DNA of 64,000 bases, taken from assembly GCA_051294375.1 (NCBI GenBank), contig CM119266.1, forward strand, positions 18,772,087-18,836,086. The letters are read 5' to 3'. Origin of the DNA: Paraspadella gotoi (Eukaryota; Animalia; Chaetognatha). This document shows, in pieces, positions 1 to 11,665 of the stretch (position 1 is the first letter of the stretch; each line of letters starts with the position of its first letter). The notes under the pieces were generated by a model, which made no database searches, was not told where the DNA came from, and saw nothing but the letters and a program-made list of their open reading frames with translations. The position numbers were made by a program, and so were the translations under genes.

Positions 1-2727
1 GCGACCTTTTTTTTTTTCTTTTCGCTTTCTACCATTAATCTTATAGTTTCCATCCCTTTTTTTTAATTGAACGTAAAGACTAAAGTATAGTTTGTTGAAA
101 AATGAGGATTACGTATGACGCGAAGAAAATCCCCTTTAAAACCACGGATGTGGATGGAAATCGGACAAAACCCGGATGAAATTGAAAAACGGCGCGGAAG
201 AACGACCTCCGTTTCCGGTTCGAAGAATGATTTTTTTCTTCGTGATATGGGGGACGATTATATACCTAAAAGAGAGAGAGAGAGAGAGAGAGAGTTAATA
301 ATACAAGATAGTTTTTTTTCCGAGATAATAAAGATGTAAAATATTCAATTTTCAAAATTAATAATCTCTGATGAACAAAATCGTTCTGGAATTCAAAAAA
401 ACTCTTTCATGCGAATTAAAGTTTCTCGCCCGTCGTCCGAATAGATAACTAATGTGTTTCTTTCCCCAGTTTATTTGCGCAAGTTCGTCGGCGCCATATT
501 TTGTTTTGGGCGTCCGCCATTTCGGTGGGAAACATCGCCCGCCTTTGAATAAATTGAGTGCGATAGAGAGCTTCCGTCTTCTGTAAGTTTTCTGTCAGTA
601 TGTGACAGTGTTGATGGTCATGTCACGTAAACGAACAGGCTCCGACATTTTGAAATCAAGTTGGGTGGCATTGATCGGCTTTGAATGTCATTGAATTGTC
701 ATTATCATTGTCATTAGTTTTTCGTTATGACCTCAAAAAGACGATGAAATGAATAAAAGCCAAAAATTGAAATACTTATTTACTGAGACGCTGCTGAAAA
801 ACCAATGGGTTTAGCTTCAGAAACGAAAAAAAGTTCTGATTTTTTTTCCTAAACAGAGTCAATGCTACGCGACCTTGCTCCATTTTCATGGCCCCATAGC
901 AGTCGACCGATCGTTCTCTCAACCAAAAAAGGCCCTGAACCACTTTAATCCGAGCACCCTATCGCAAAATGACGACTACGTATTTTTCAAGGGATCCAAA
1001 CCTTCTTTTTGCTAACTTGCTAATTTAATTGTACGGGGGTGGGATGAGCTGGGCTTCCAGGGGGGCCCGGAGCCCAGAAAAAAAGTCTGTGGAGGTACCC
1101 GCTATTACTTTAATCGCCACTACACGATACTGCCAAGTATTAACTAAAATGATTCAAGATTTCGTGAATTATACCTGGTCATGTGATCATATCTTCCTAC
1201 CAAATATAAACTTAATAGATGCAATATTACCGTCGCAACGTTTCTTGAACTCTTGTCAGAACTACATTGGACTGGCGACGCGAACGTAAAACTCAACGGG
1301 CGAGAAGATACAATTGTTATACCCTCGTGGTGGGTAAAACGTCCTGTACCTATTCATGCTTAAAGCTGTCTTGGAAGAGCGTGAGTGTGAATGCCAATCC
1401 AAATAGAGCCAATTGGCTACTGGCTATGTAATATTTACTACTGATGCGATACAACTTTTAACCCCATTAAAACTAAAATGGCTGAATTAAAGATTTTGAT
1501 TGGAAAAATGGTTGAGATTCATTAGGTACACTTATCATAAACCGTTATAAAAAAGCTCTACATTCGAGACTCCAGTTTTCACTGAATACATATAAAAGAA
1601 TAAATAAATAATTTTAGCTATTATAAATCATTAAAATTAATTTTGTAAAGAGAAAATATTAGTCCTGATGAATACACCAACTATTTATGAAGGAAAAATC
1701 ATAAGAAAACTATGGACCCTCACGAATATCGAGTAAAAGTTGAATCTGAGTTAAGCAAACAAAGAAAACGAGAGGGAGAACCGATAATAAGATAATTTGT
1801 TTTAAAACGGAACTGGGAGATAAAGTGAGATCGCGTCAAGGCAGTATATAGCAAAAAAAAAGAATGAAAAAATAAAGGAAAAAAAAAATAATGAATGAAT
1901 GAAAGAATTAAAGTGAGAGAAAAACAGTACGTCATGGCATTATAGAGAACAGAGGCCGCATTCGATAAATAGAGAAAGAAAATAAAAAAAAAGACAGACA
2001 AAAAAAAAGAAGAAAAAAACAAGAAATAAAGAAAGAAAAAGAAAGAAAAAGAGAAATTGGCACGATATTTATTATAACTATGCATGTTAAGTGAAAAGAA
2101 AAAGAAGTTGGTTTTAATTTGGTTTTTCTGATTTCTAATGACACCGTTTTGAAAAAAAAAACAAGAACTGGCAAGTTCAATGTGAATGTCGAAATCTAGT
2201 GTATGGTATAGTATAGTAGTATAGCATAGTATATATACTATATACTGTGTAATGTATATAGAGTATATAATATTGCTGTAAGATTTGGTTGGATTGAAGT
2301 GATCTTGATCTTAGTGAAAAGTGAAGTTTTTACCGATTCACTTTTAAATGATATAGTCAAATAAATGGCGGTAAAATACATTGCTATTAGTTCGATAAAT
2401 TACATATTCCCAAACAAAAGGCATTTCATAGGAAAGAGGCCAGGAGTGATCTGCGATTATAAAATATTGCGAATAGGAAACCGAAAATGAGAAGATTACT
2501 AAATAATTCGGGTCGAAGCTTATTCGGTACGTGTCGTCACGAACAACGAAACAAGATTTCAAAAGACTTCCTTTCATATCGCTGGTAAAGTCTATGTATA
2601 TAACTGACTTACTGATTTATGCATTCATTGGAGAACCTGCGCATGAGGCAAAAGTTAGGGAGAGTGAAAAAAAATGATGATAGATGGAACTTTACGTAAA
2701 GAGAAGAATTCGACCTCATCAAAGATG

Positions 2728-2798
2728 TGACCTTATGATGTGACCTCAAGGTTTGACCTGTGCATTTGATCTCTGGATCTGACCTCGAAATTTGACCT
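2728..2798. repeat. Array of six TGACCT-like hexamers with exact 13-bp periodicity
   Basis: TGACCT at 2728, 2741, 2754, 2780, 2793 and TGATCT at 2767; the 7-bp spacers all differ. Confidence 0.7.
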
Positions 2799-3080
2799 TT
2801 TTTTTATAGCAGCAGCAGAGAAGAAGACGTATTTAGCTCTAACTTTTTGAAAGGGTGTTCGAGCTTAATGGAATGTTTAGGAAATCTAATACAAAAAAAA
2901 ATTGTAATTTTTAATTTTACTAGCATTTGTTATTTTACTTTGTTTATTCATACAAATTTAAGTTTGGTAGTTTCCCGTATCCGAATTAATTTTTTTTAAC
3001 AGTTATGAATGTCAAACAATTTTTAAACGAAATTTATTCGTTAAAACTAAAAGCATGATTTTTTTACATTATTTGTTGCT

Positions 3081-3147
3081 CTTCATCAGGATTCATCAAT
3101 GATTCATCAATGATTCATCAATGATTCATCAATGATTCATCAATGAT
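3081..3147. repeat. 11-bp tandem repeat (GATTCATCAAT)n, about 6 copies
   Basis: Directly visible tandem units. Confidence 0.85.
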
Positions 3148-3660
3148 CAATTTTTGAAATGATTAATTTACATATACTTAATAATGCTTAATAATACTTA
3201 ATAATGCACAATTTTTAAAAATTTCCCATGAAGTTATAATTAGGACTATTGAGATTGTTCTCTTATGTAATTTCCACAATGTAAAATATATTATTATTTT
3301 ATAAATTAATTTTTAATGATACTTTGCTTTCGGTATCAAAACTATTTTTCAGACTATGACTTTGCCGCTGAGTATCTCTCTGTTATTTGTTTTTCTGTCT
3401 CTCTCTCATCGAAATAATGTGCAATTGTGCATGCATGTGCGTACACCGACAGACGGACTGGGTCGTGAGTCGTGACTGCCGTAAAATTGTGTATGTTAAA
3501 AAAATAAAGAATATTTTTAATATAGAACTATTGAATTATGTTTTACGAACGAAAATTTTTTATTAGTTTATAAAATAATATAAAGGAGATTAATAAAAGA
3601 AGGAGTTGACGATGAAAAGAAAAAGCATTTTATTTTGTGACATCAGTTCGCACTCGTTTC

Positions 3661-3664
<4 letters not shown>

Positions 3665-3723
<59 letters not shown>

Positions 3724-4011
3724 CCCAGGGCCAACTTTATATCCTTAATCTTGTATTGAAGGTCAATTTTCTCATTTAGTTTCAAAGGTGGTAGCGGAAA
3801 TGGCTCCGAGGAGATTCTCATGGTGGCAGCCGCATCTAATTGCCACGATTACTATAAAAAAATATATGACAAAAGAATGTTTTATAAGAAATCTCTGCCT
3901 GACTTCAGATTCTTTTAGTTTTAGTCCTTCTTCTCTGAACCAAAGCGATTTAGTTTTTCCCTTTGTACTGTGTACTTAACTTCGACCTTGTCCTTGGATC
4001 TATCTATCTCT

Positions 4012-4089
<78 letters not shown>

Positions 4090-4167
4090 CTCCTTCCTTC
4101 CACGAGGCGTCGAGGCCTCACTCTCTCTCGCGAGTAGCCGTAAGATCATTGCGTCCAAGTTTCCCTC

Positions 4168-4256
<89 letters not shown>

Positions 4257-4260
4257 CCTC
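3665..4260. repeat. Cluster of (CT)n microsatellites
   Basis: Pure CT tracts at about 3665-3719, 4005-4085 and 4172-4255; these are the source of the SL/RE ORFs. Confidence 0.95.
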
Positions 4261-4387
4261 CCCTCCCTCCCGGTTTCCATCTTTCCACATTTTTACGATG
4301 TTTTCGGTTTTGCTTCGAGAAAGACCCTAAACCGAAAACGGGTGGGAGCAGTGATGCCGAGACGTTTTCAGATCATCGGGTCGGGGA

Positions 4388-4995
4388 CAGTGGCGTGTAG
4401 GGAAATAGCGGCCCATTCCACTAATTTTTTTTATGCAGGCCCCGGGCCCCCTTGAAAGCCTCGCTCATTTCACCCCGTTACAATTAACTTAACAATTTAG
4501 AAAGAATTAGGTTTGGGTTTTTTAAAAAATCATACAAAATCGTCATATGATGTTTGTATTTTATGATTTTCTACTGGTACAAAATTTTACAAAATAAAAA
4601 TTTATTCACGACCACCTTTACTTGTTGAATTCTCTTATAAAATTGGTACAACCAATATAAAAATTATCCATTCATTCAATAACTAAACTATCTTGCCCCT
4701 GACTTTGGACAGGCTTTGGTGGTCTAAGGCCTCCATCACACTTACAAGATATTGTCATAGCAGGTCCCTGCAAGCTTTCAATCAAGACTCTCTCACAGTC
4801 TAGTTTATTCACTCCCAGAGTACCTGGCTTCCCTATCAATGAATATTTCAAAGAATGTTTCAATTGTATGAAAAGACATATAAATTGTTTTTGTCTTATG
4901 TGCTTTTCCCTTGACCCCCTGAGAGCCCGGCTTTGTGGCTTTGGCCTTTGTGGAGGCTGTCTTGTCTGTCTGTCTGTCTACTCTACACGCCCCCG
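4388..4995. mobile_element. hAT-like MITE with a nested dispersed repeat
   Basis: TIRs CAGTGGCGTGTAG (4388-4400) and CTACACGCCCCCG (4983-4995, 11/13 match to the reverse complement). Flanks GGTCGGGGA / GGTCGGAA resemble a decayed 8-bp TSD. Confidence 0.55.
4640..4880 (+). repeat. Dispersed repeat family (AAATTGGTACAACCAATATAAAAATTATCCATT...GGCCTCCATCACAC...TTCAAAGAATGTTTCAATTG)
   Basis: Related copies at about 7650-7870, 9105-9210 (-), 13360-13420, 13830-14065, 15555-15580, 17868-17920 and 46455-46545 (-). Confidence 0.8.
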
Positions 4996-5049
4996 GGTCG
5001 GAAAAGCGAAAAACGTCCGCTGGAAATCCGAGGACAACGATGAGGGAGT

Positions 5050-5340
5050 ATCAAAATATGAGGGAACATCTACGGGCCTTATTTCCCCCAAACGCCCCAA
5101 TTCATTTTAATTTCGAAATAATAAAGGTTAGGTTAAAAGTTAGGGATTAGGTTAAGGATTAAGGCTAGGGATTAGGCTAATGATTATTGATTAAAGTTAT
5201 GGAAAAGGGTTTGATATTTAGGGTTAGATATTAAGGATTAGGATTAGGGTCAGGGAATAGGCTAGGGTTAAAGATATAAGTTAAGGATTAAAATTAAGGA
5301 TTAGAATTATGAGTTTAGTAATCGATTCGGGTTAAGGAAC
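5050..5340 (+). repeat. Non-autonomous element with a degenerate TTAGGG-like internal tract
   Basis: CCTTATTTCCCCCAAACGCCCCAATTCATTTT followed by GGTTAGG-like repeats. An inverted relative at about 27680-28550 hosts the TRIM. Confidence 0.6.
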
Positions 5341-8249
5341 AGAAATGGGTCGCTTTTGGAAAAGAACACAAATGAGTCGCTTTTAGAAAAGATCTCATTG
5401 AAACTATAATTTAAATAAATTTTGGTTTGAGCTTCGAATGTTAAATTAATAAATTTTAATTTATCAATTAATTAATTAATTAGTTAATTTTGGTCTGAGC
5501 TTTGAATGTCAAATTGCGCCATAAAAATTAAGATTATTCTATCGTGAAAAAAACTTTAGTCAAGTAAGAAAGAGCTTCGAAAAAATACCTATAAATAATT
5601 AATAATAAATAATAATAAGTATTAATATAATGCTAGTGGAGATCAGATTTTTAGGAGGAAGAGGTGGAGACATAACTAAAAGAATTATCAATACACTTAT
5701 CACTTAGTGTTAGTTTCCGGTTCAACGATAAGAGTTAGAGAAAGGTTTCTACAATCCACTTCGATTTCATTCGTCCGATTTTCTGACTCACATTTTCGGC
5801 TCGAAGTCAAAGCCACTCTTTTTTTTTTTCTTTTTTTTTACTCTTCTTTCCATCTTCATTAATTGTAGAGCCTGCACTGGGAGGGAGGGAGAGGAGGGAA
5901 ACAGCGTCGCCGAGGTTGTACTCACTGAAGACAGGGATGGACAGAGAAGAAAAACTTGGAGAACGTGAGCTCGGAGGATGAGCGGGATTTAAAAAAAAAG
6001 GAAAAAGATGAGAAAAAAGAATCCGTAAAACGTGGAAAGAGTTGTGGAAATGAAGAAGGAATTCGGATAAGAATAAAATGCCAATACAGAATCACTTATT
6101 AAATAGCCAATAAGCTAAGAAATAACTTCGTTGCTTTTCAACTTTTCGACTGTAAACTAAACTAAACTAAACTAGTGCTACTGTACTTAGTTGTACTTGG
6201 CTTGACTTTTCAAAATATCCGGTATTTTGGTTTAAAATACTCAGTTTAACATTTATGGTTCTAAAGAATTTTATAACTACGTAAACATGGAAAAAGATTC
6301 GAGATAGAATCTGGAATAACTTGATTTTGCCACCAACGCGGTTTGGAACTTTGGAGAAGGAAAAGCGAAAATGCGAGTAGGGAAAAAATCTTTCCTCTAG
6401 GGTCAGGGTTCCCATAACCAGTCGACGCCGATCGAAAAGGAGGGAACAAGATGGGGTCAGATTTAAGATGGAAGGCTGCAGGAAGATGGACGTATGAGGC
6501 GAGAGAATAAATATAAGTTTATCACATCGTATAATGGACGTACGAGGCGATCGAACCAGGATGCTAGTGTACCAGGTTTTGAGACGCGTTTCGTGGGGTC
6601 GTCTAATAAAAATGGAAAAGAGAGAAAATAAAAAATAAATGCAGAGTGACCCTGAGATGGCTGCGATGGAAAATAAAAGTGGAGATCCTTTTCCAATCCC
6701 GCGCAATGAGCGCCACCAAAAGCTCGGGGGAAATAAATATTATGTTTATTCATTTTTTCCTTATTTTTGTTGCGGAATTGAAAATGAGGGGGCGAGACGT
6801 TTGCAATTAACTCTTAGTCTTACAAAACAAACCTGAAATCGATATTGACGACTCATACAAGAAAAAAAAAAAACTCTTTCTGCAACGCTGTTGACGACGT
6901 CTCTCTCTCTCTCTTACTCTCTCTCTCCTAAACAGCGCTGCATCGCTGGCCCTCGTCCGGCCACGCCCCTTTCCGTCCGGCGCTCCCCCCCTTCACGGTC
7001 GTCGTCGTCGTCGTCGTCGTGTTCCTCCGCCCCGGTGGCGGCTGAAGTGTAGAAAAGCGTACTAGTAGAAAGTGAGGAGGAGGAAAGAGTGATGAGGGCG
7101 TGAGAAAGGGAGAATGGGAAAAAAAACATTGATGAAACTCAAAGTCTCATTCTTTATATCCGCCTTCGTTCGATGTATGATCCAAACACAGAAAATACTG
7201 GCACACACGGTCACGCACACACACGCGCGAGCGTGAACTTCGCAGTTCGAAGAATAATGCGAGATAATCAGTCGGAGTGAGAGCGAGACAGAGAGCGAGA
7301 CAGAAGGCGAAATCGAAAATCGAAAAAAAAAAGTAAGAAAAGATAAAGAAATCTGCAGAATTGGTTATGAAGTGGGAATCGCCTTTCCTCCGCTTTTTGT
7401 CAATATTCCGAGATATTGGAGAAGCCGGTCACGCCGCTTGGGCCAATATACAACGTTGGATTTCTAAAGCGTCCCCTTGTTGCGTCCACAACCCCTTCTC
7501 TGTCATCTCTTCTATTTTCACGTTTTTGTCATTGTCGTCAAGTTGAACTTCAAAGTCATTGCTGTCCATCATCGAGTTGAACTTATCGCGACCATTAAAA
7601 TGAACCAACCAATGTAAAATTAACTATTTATTTAAATAAGCTCTTTTTCTCCTGACTTTTGACAGGCTATGGTGGATTAAGGCTTCCCTCTTACCCGATA
7701 TTAACATAGCTGGTCTCTATCACGTCTACCTAAAAGTCTTGTTATTCACTTCCCTATCAATGAAATGGTATTTCAAAGAATGTTTCAATTGAATAAAGTA
7801 TTAGATCGGAAAATCCTATTAATACTATAATGTAAACTACACAAGCATCAAAGTACAAGGAGCTGACTGTTATGGATTGTCACAAGCAATATTAAAAATT
7901 TTAAAATTATGATTATTTCTTTTCGGTCGCTGTCCAATCGACCTTATAAGCGTCATCGTCGTCGTCTACATAGACCACCGCTTCGAGGTTTTCCCTTAAA
8001 TGGCTTCCCTGCTTCTCATAAACATCGAAAGCGATACTAGTTTTTCTTTTCCATTCTTTTTGTGTCGCGCAAAAAAAGGCCATTGGCTCACGACATGGCC
8101 ATGGGCTTTTTCCCATTTTCATCCACCATTTTCTTTGGCAATTTTTTTAGGCTTCTATAGACTATATAAGTATAATTTGTGTATTTCCGTAAGCGAAGAG
8201 AACTGTGACTATTGTTTTACAACGAGAGTTTTGTACAGAAATACGTCGT

Positions 8250-8460
8250 TCTTTTTATCCAAGGAAAAGCTTCTATATGTGACTCATTGGTCCGTCCGTC
8301 GGATGGTTTATCTGTTTGTCCGTCCGTCAGTCTGTCCCACTTACGTTTCAAATGCTCACAACTCCAGTAATTAAGCATCTATTAAGACTATTTAAGACTA
8401 TTTAAGTTTATATTTAGTTAAAGAGTAGAGTACCATAAGACCGTGCGTATCAGACTTGTG
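8250..8460 (+). mobile_element. HINE/DINE-like (Helentron-derived) remnant
   Basis: GTCC/GTCT microsatellite followed by CTGTCCCACTTACGTTT. Similar blocks at about 11350-11430 and 59490-59600. Confidence 0.45.
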
Positions 8461-9341
8461 CAGTGTGATCAACTAAAAAAGCGATCTCATGACTTGGAAT
8501 TCATTTTTCATATTGCAGTGTTGCGATATGTTCACACCGCCTCACATCCCCCATCGTTCAGCCAATTGGTTCAGAGGGGGAACACACCATACCAACCGTT
8601 GCGTTCCATACACTGTCCGAACGACTTCCCTCTATTTTAGCAAAGCGAGACCGTCCTAGGTTAACCGCGCCAGTGACTGGAGGCGTCACTGAGGGTCGGA
8701 AGCCCCTGAAGCCAACAGTGAGATGCCCCATTCCTATGAGCATCACAGGCAACTCGGCTGTCATTTTATTGAGTACAGGGTAGAATTGTAAGGTATAAGT
8801 AAATGCTTCTTGCTTGTAAGTTTCATACCTGTTAGTACTACTGCTTATGATTTTCAGTCTTTTTCATATTTTTTTATTTTGAGTGAGAAAGCTACACGGC
8901 AAGAGGGACATAAAATGACAATGACAGAAAGCAAAAGTTCGACGTTGGCGAGAATCGTCTGTGACATCCTCAAAGCATGGAGGGACTTGATGGTGTCTTA
9001 CCAGCTGGCGTGAGGGGTTTCGAACACTGTCCTCGTCCCCGAAACGAACACTCACTTTGTCGCATCGACCAAAATGCTCGTGAAGAAAAATCGTAGAAAA
9101 ACGAGACTGTAAGACTGAGAGAGTCTTGATTGAAAGCTTGTAGGGACGTGCTATTTCATTATCTTGTAAGAGTGATAGAGGCCTTAAACCACCATAGCCA
9201 GTCCAAAGTCATACTATCATTTCATATCATATCATATCATACTATCTAACCTATTTAATTATCTTCGTTACTTAACTAAAATAATATTTTTGTTCCCGAG
9301 AGCTCCAATCTAATAATTATGTCAGATATTAATTATGTAAG

Positions 9342-9373
<32 letters not shown>

Positions 9374-9565
9374 AAAGAAAAAAAAAAGAAAATAAAAAGG
9401 TACACAAAGAAAAAAAGGAAGCAGGAAATAAAAAGAAAATAAATGAAGAAAGTCAAATGTGAAAAAAGTAAAGTTGTACTAAAATTGTAAAATTGAAACT
9501 TAAGAAGAAGCAAAAGGAAAAATTATAAAAAAAAAAAAAAAATATATATTCTAAGCCGAAAACAA

Positions 9566-9760
9566 AAATATGGACCCTAATCCTCAAGAAACAAATAGAA
9601 AAGGAATTTTAAACTCAACGTTGAACAAAGCCAAGTTAAGTTAAGTTATGGTATATAAATGGTATATAAATATGGACCCTAATCCTCAAGAAACAAATAG
9701 AAAAGGAATTTAAAACTCAACGTTGAACAAAGCCAAGTTAAGTTAAGTTATGGTATATAT
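9566..9760. repeat. About 103-bp tandem duplication
   Basis: TATGGACCCTAATCCTCAAGAAAC...GTTATGGTATATA is present twice, nearly identical. Confidence 0.9.
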
Positions 9761-11479
9761 AGATTTCAGGGGTTTTTAAATTTTACGCCATTTTGGAAAC
9801 CATGCCCCATTATTAGATATTTTTTTCCGACAGTATGTTACATGAGGCCAAAATATGAAAGACAAAGAGTCAAAAATTCCTCTACCGTAATGTTTATCGT
9901 TAACTTTTCCCTTTTTTTTAAGAGTATTTCTTTTGTCCGCCAGGGGCGCCGATCTCGTTGTCGTCGCCACCGTTGTTTTGTTTTCTCGTCCGGACGACCG
10001 TTGGGAGTTTGCCTCTTATTTGGTCAACAAACTGGCGACAAGAAACGGTGACAACATCGGCACCGCCAACCCGCGTTTCTCTGCATCGCCCGGCATCGCC
10101 CGACGGCACATTCATATTGCAAATTGCATCAAAACACGGACATCAATCACTAAGAATCTTCTCGCTTTTGAATATTGCAGAGGTAAAATGTGGTACGGCT
10201 CTTTCTAGCGCGACCGCGATAACTGGATGCATACGAACATTTTGGAAAAATGCCCTAGAATTCGTTCAGAATCGTTGATGATATTATAATCATTATTATC
10301 TCTCACTGCGTTGAGATGTGATATATTTTTTTAAAGATTGGCCGGCAGCTCTCGGTATCTGTATAAGACAAAATATATGAAATATAATCGTATACTATTC
10401 CCCCCCCAGTTTAAACAAATACAAAAAATAAAACTACTTCCTTCCTATATTAACAATAAAAATTTAAATTTTGGGAAAGATTTAAACCTGAAAATTTAAA
10501 AAAGATGGTATCAGTGATAACAAATTATTACGTAACATACGTAACACAGAACTACGCAAATGGAATTCATCGTTTCTGGACGAATCATTTTCTGTGCCGC
10601 CATTTCCGGTCTGACCTTTGATCCCGAGAACCTTATGACCTCGCAAAGGCTAAATTGCTTTGTCCTGCTTCAGCTCCATTTTGACTCAGATACGATGCGA
10701 ACTCGAAATAACGAATTATTTATTCAGTGCTTAATTTAAAAAAAAAAATGAAAGTAACGCATGAACCAATTCCGTGTCACTTTTTGTATAAGGTCACTAT
10801 TTCTTAAACATGTCAGAAAATTGAGACAAATAAACTATCTAAAAATAGGAATTTTTAAGATTAAAAAAAAAAATTTGGCTCGCGAGCTCTAGTGAGAAAG
10901 TTAAGGTCTCGGGGTTAACGAAAGGCCGAGCGAAGGTCTTCCCAGACTTTTTTTCTTTCTTATTCGCCACTTACCCCGTTTTCGCCTTACCAGAGGCAAT
11001 TCAAAGGCCTGAGCTATAAGGGGAGGACAATAAAAGTCAGTTTCGACCAAAAATGAGCGAAAAACGGTCATGAATTATGGAAGGCGTGCGAGTGGCAGAG
11101 CAAGCCGATGACTTTGAAGAAGGAAAGAAGAAAGAATATGAAAGAAAGCATGTTGGAAGTTGGAAGTACATATGAAGAAAAAAAGAAAGTTAAAAGGAAA
11201 AAATGATGAAATAAAGAAACTACAGAAACAGCGTTTTAAAGAGAAATTTAAAAAAAGTGGAATAAGATAGATATTCAGGAGGCAAGATTTTTAAATGAAC
11301 GGAAATATCTATGTAGTTTATTTCGCATTGCTCCGATGCGAGTTCGGATTATTTTAGTGCTCGCAGAGCAACTCAAAAAATCACTTTTTGGTCTGTCTGT
11401 CCCACTTTTTAAATGTTTACAACTCAGGAAATATTGTATAAATTAAATTTATTTTTGGACATTGTTGTGATTCTTTCTT

Positions 11480-11665
11480 TTTCGTAGTGTTTTTGTTTAA
11501 GGAATAACAAATTTTTTACTGTGTAACAACGAATTTTTATTTCATAGGGACATGTTTCGACTCTGTGGTTGAGATGCTGATGAAGACTCTCAACCACAGA
11601 GTCGAAACATGTCCCTATGAAAAAAAAATTCGTTGTAACACAGTAAAAAATCTGTTATTTCTTAA
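11480..11665 (+). mobile_element. Penelope-like element remnant: inverted terminal-repeat hairpin
   Basis: About 78-bp inverted arms at 11497-11574 and 11588-11665 around a hammerhead core. Confidence 0.7.
11577..11613 (+). ncRNA. Minimal hammerhead ribozyme core
   Basis: CTGATGA-A, stem II GACTCT/AGAGTC, GAAAC, palindromic ACATGT, GTC cleavage triplet. Confidence 0.7.

Noticed and set aside
3921-4400. RE/SL dipeptide ORFs (also at 55200-55540, 58436-58812, 61547-61972)
   Set aside because: Microsatellite artefacts.
5126-5340. Interstitial telomere
   Set aside because: Highly degenerate and embedded in a dispersed element with an inverted relative at about 28380-28550.
9933-10278. GC-rich exon-like ORFs (also 14791-15554, 62300-63049)
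   Set aside because: No recognisable protein motif or phase-consistent partner exons; could be regulatory or UTR sequence.
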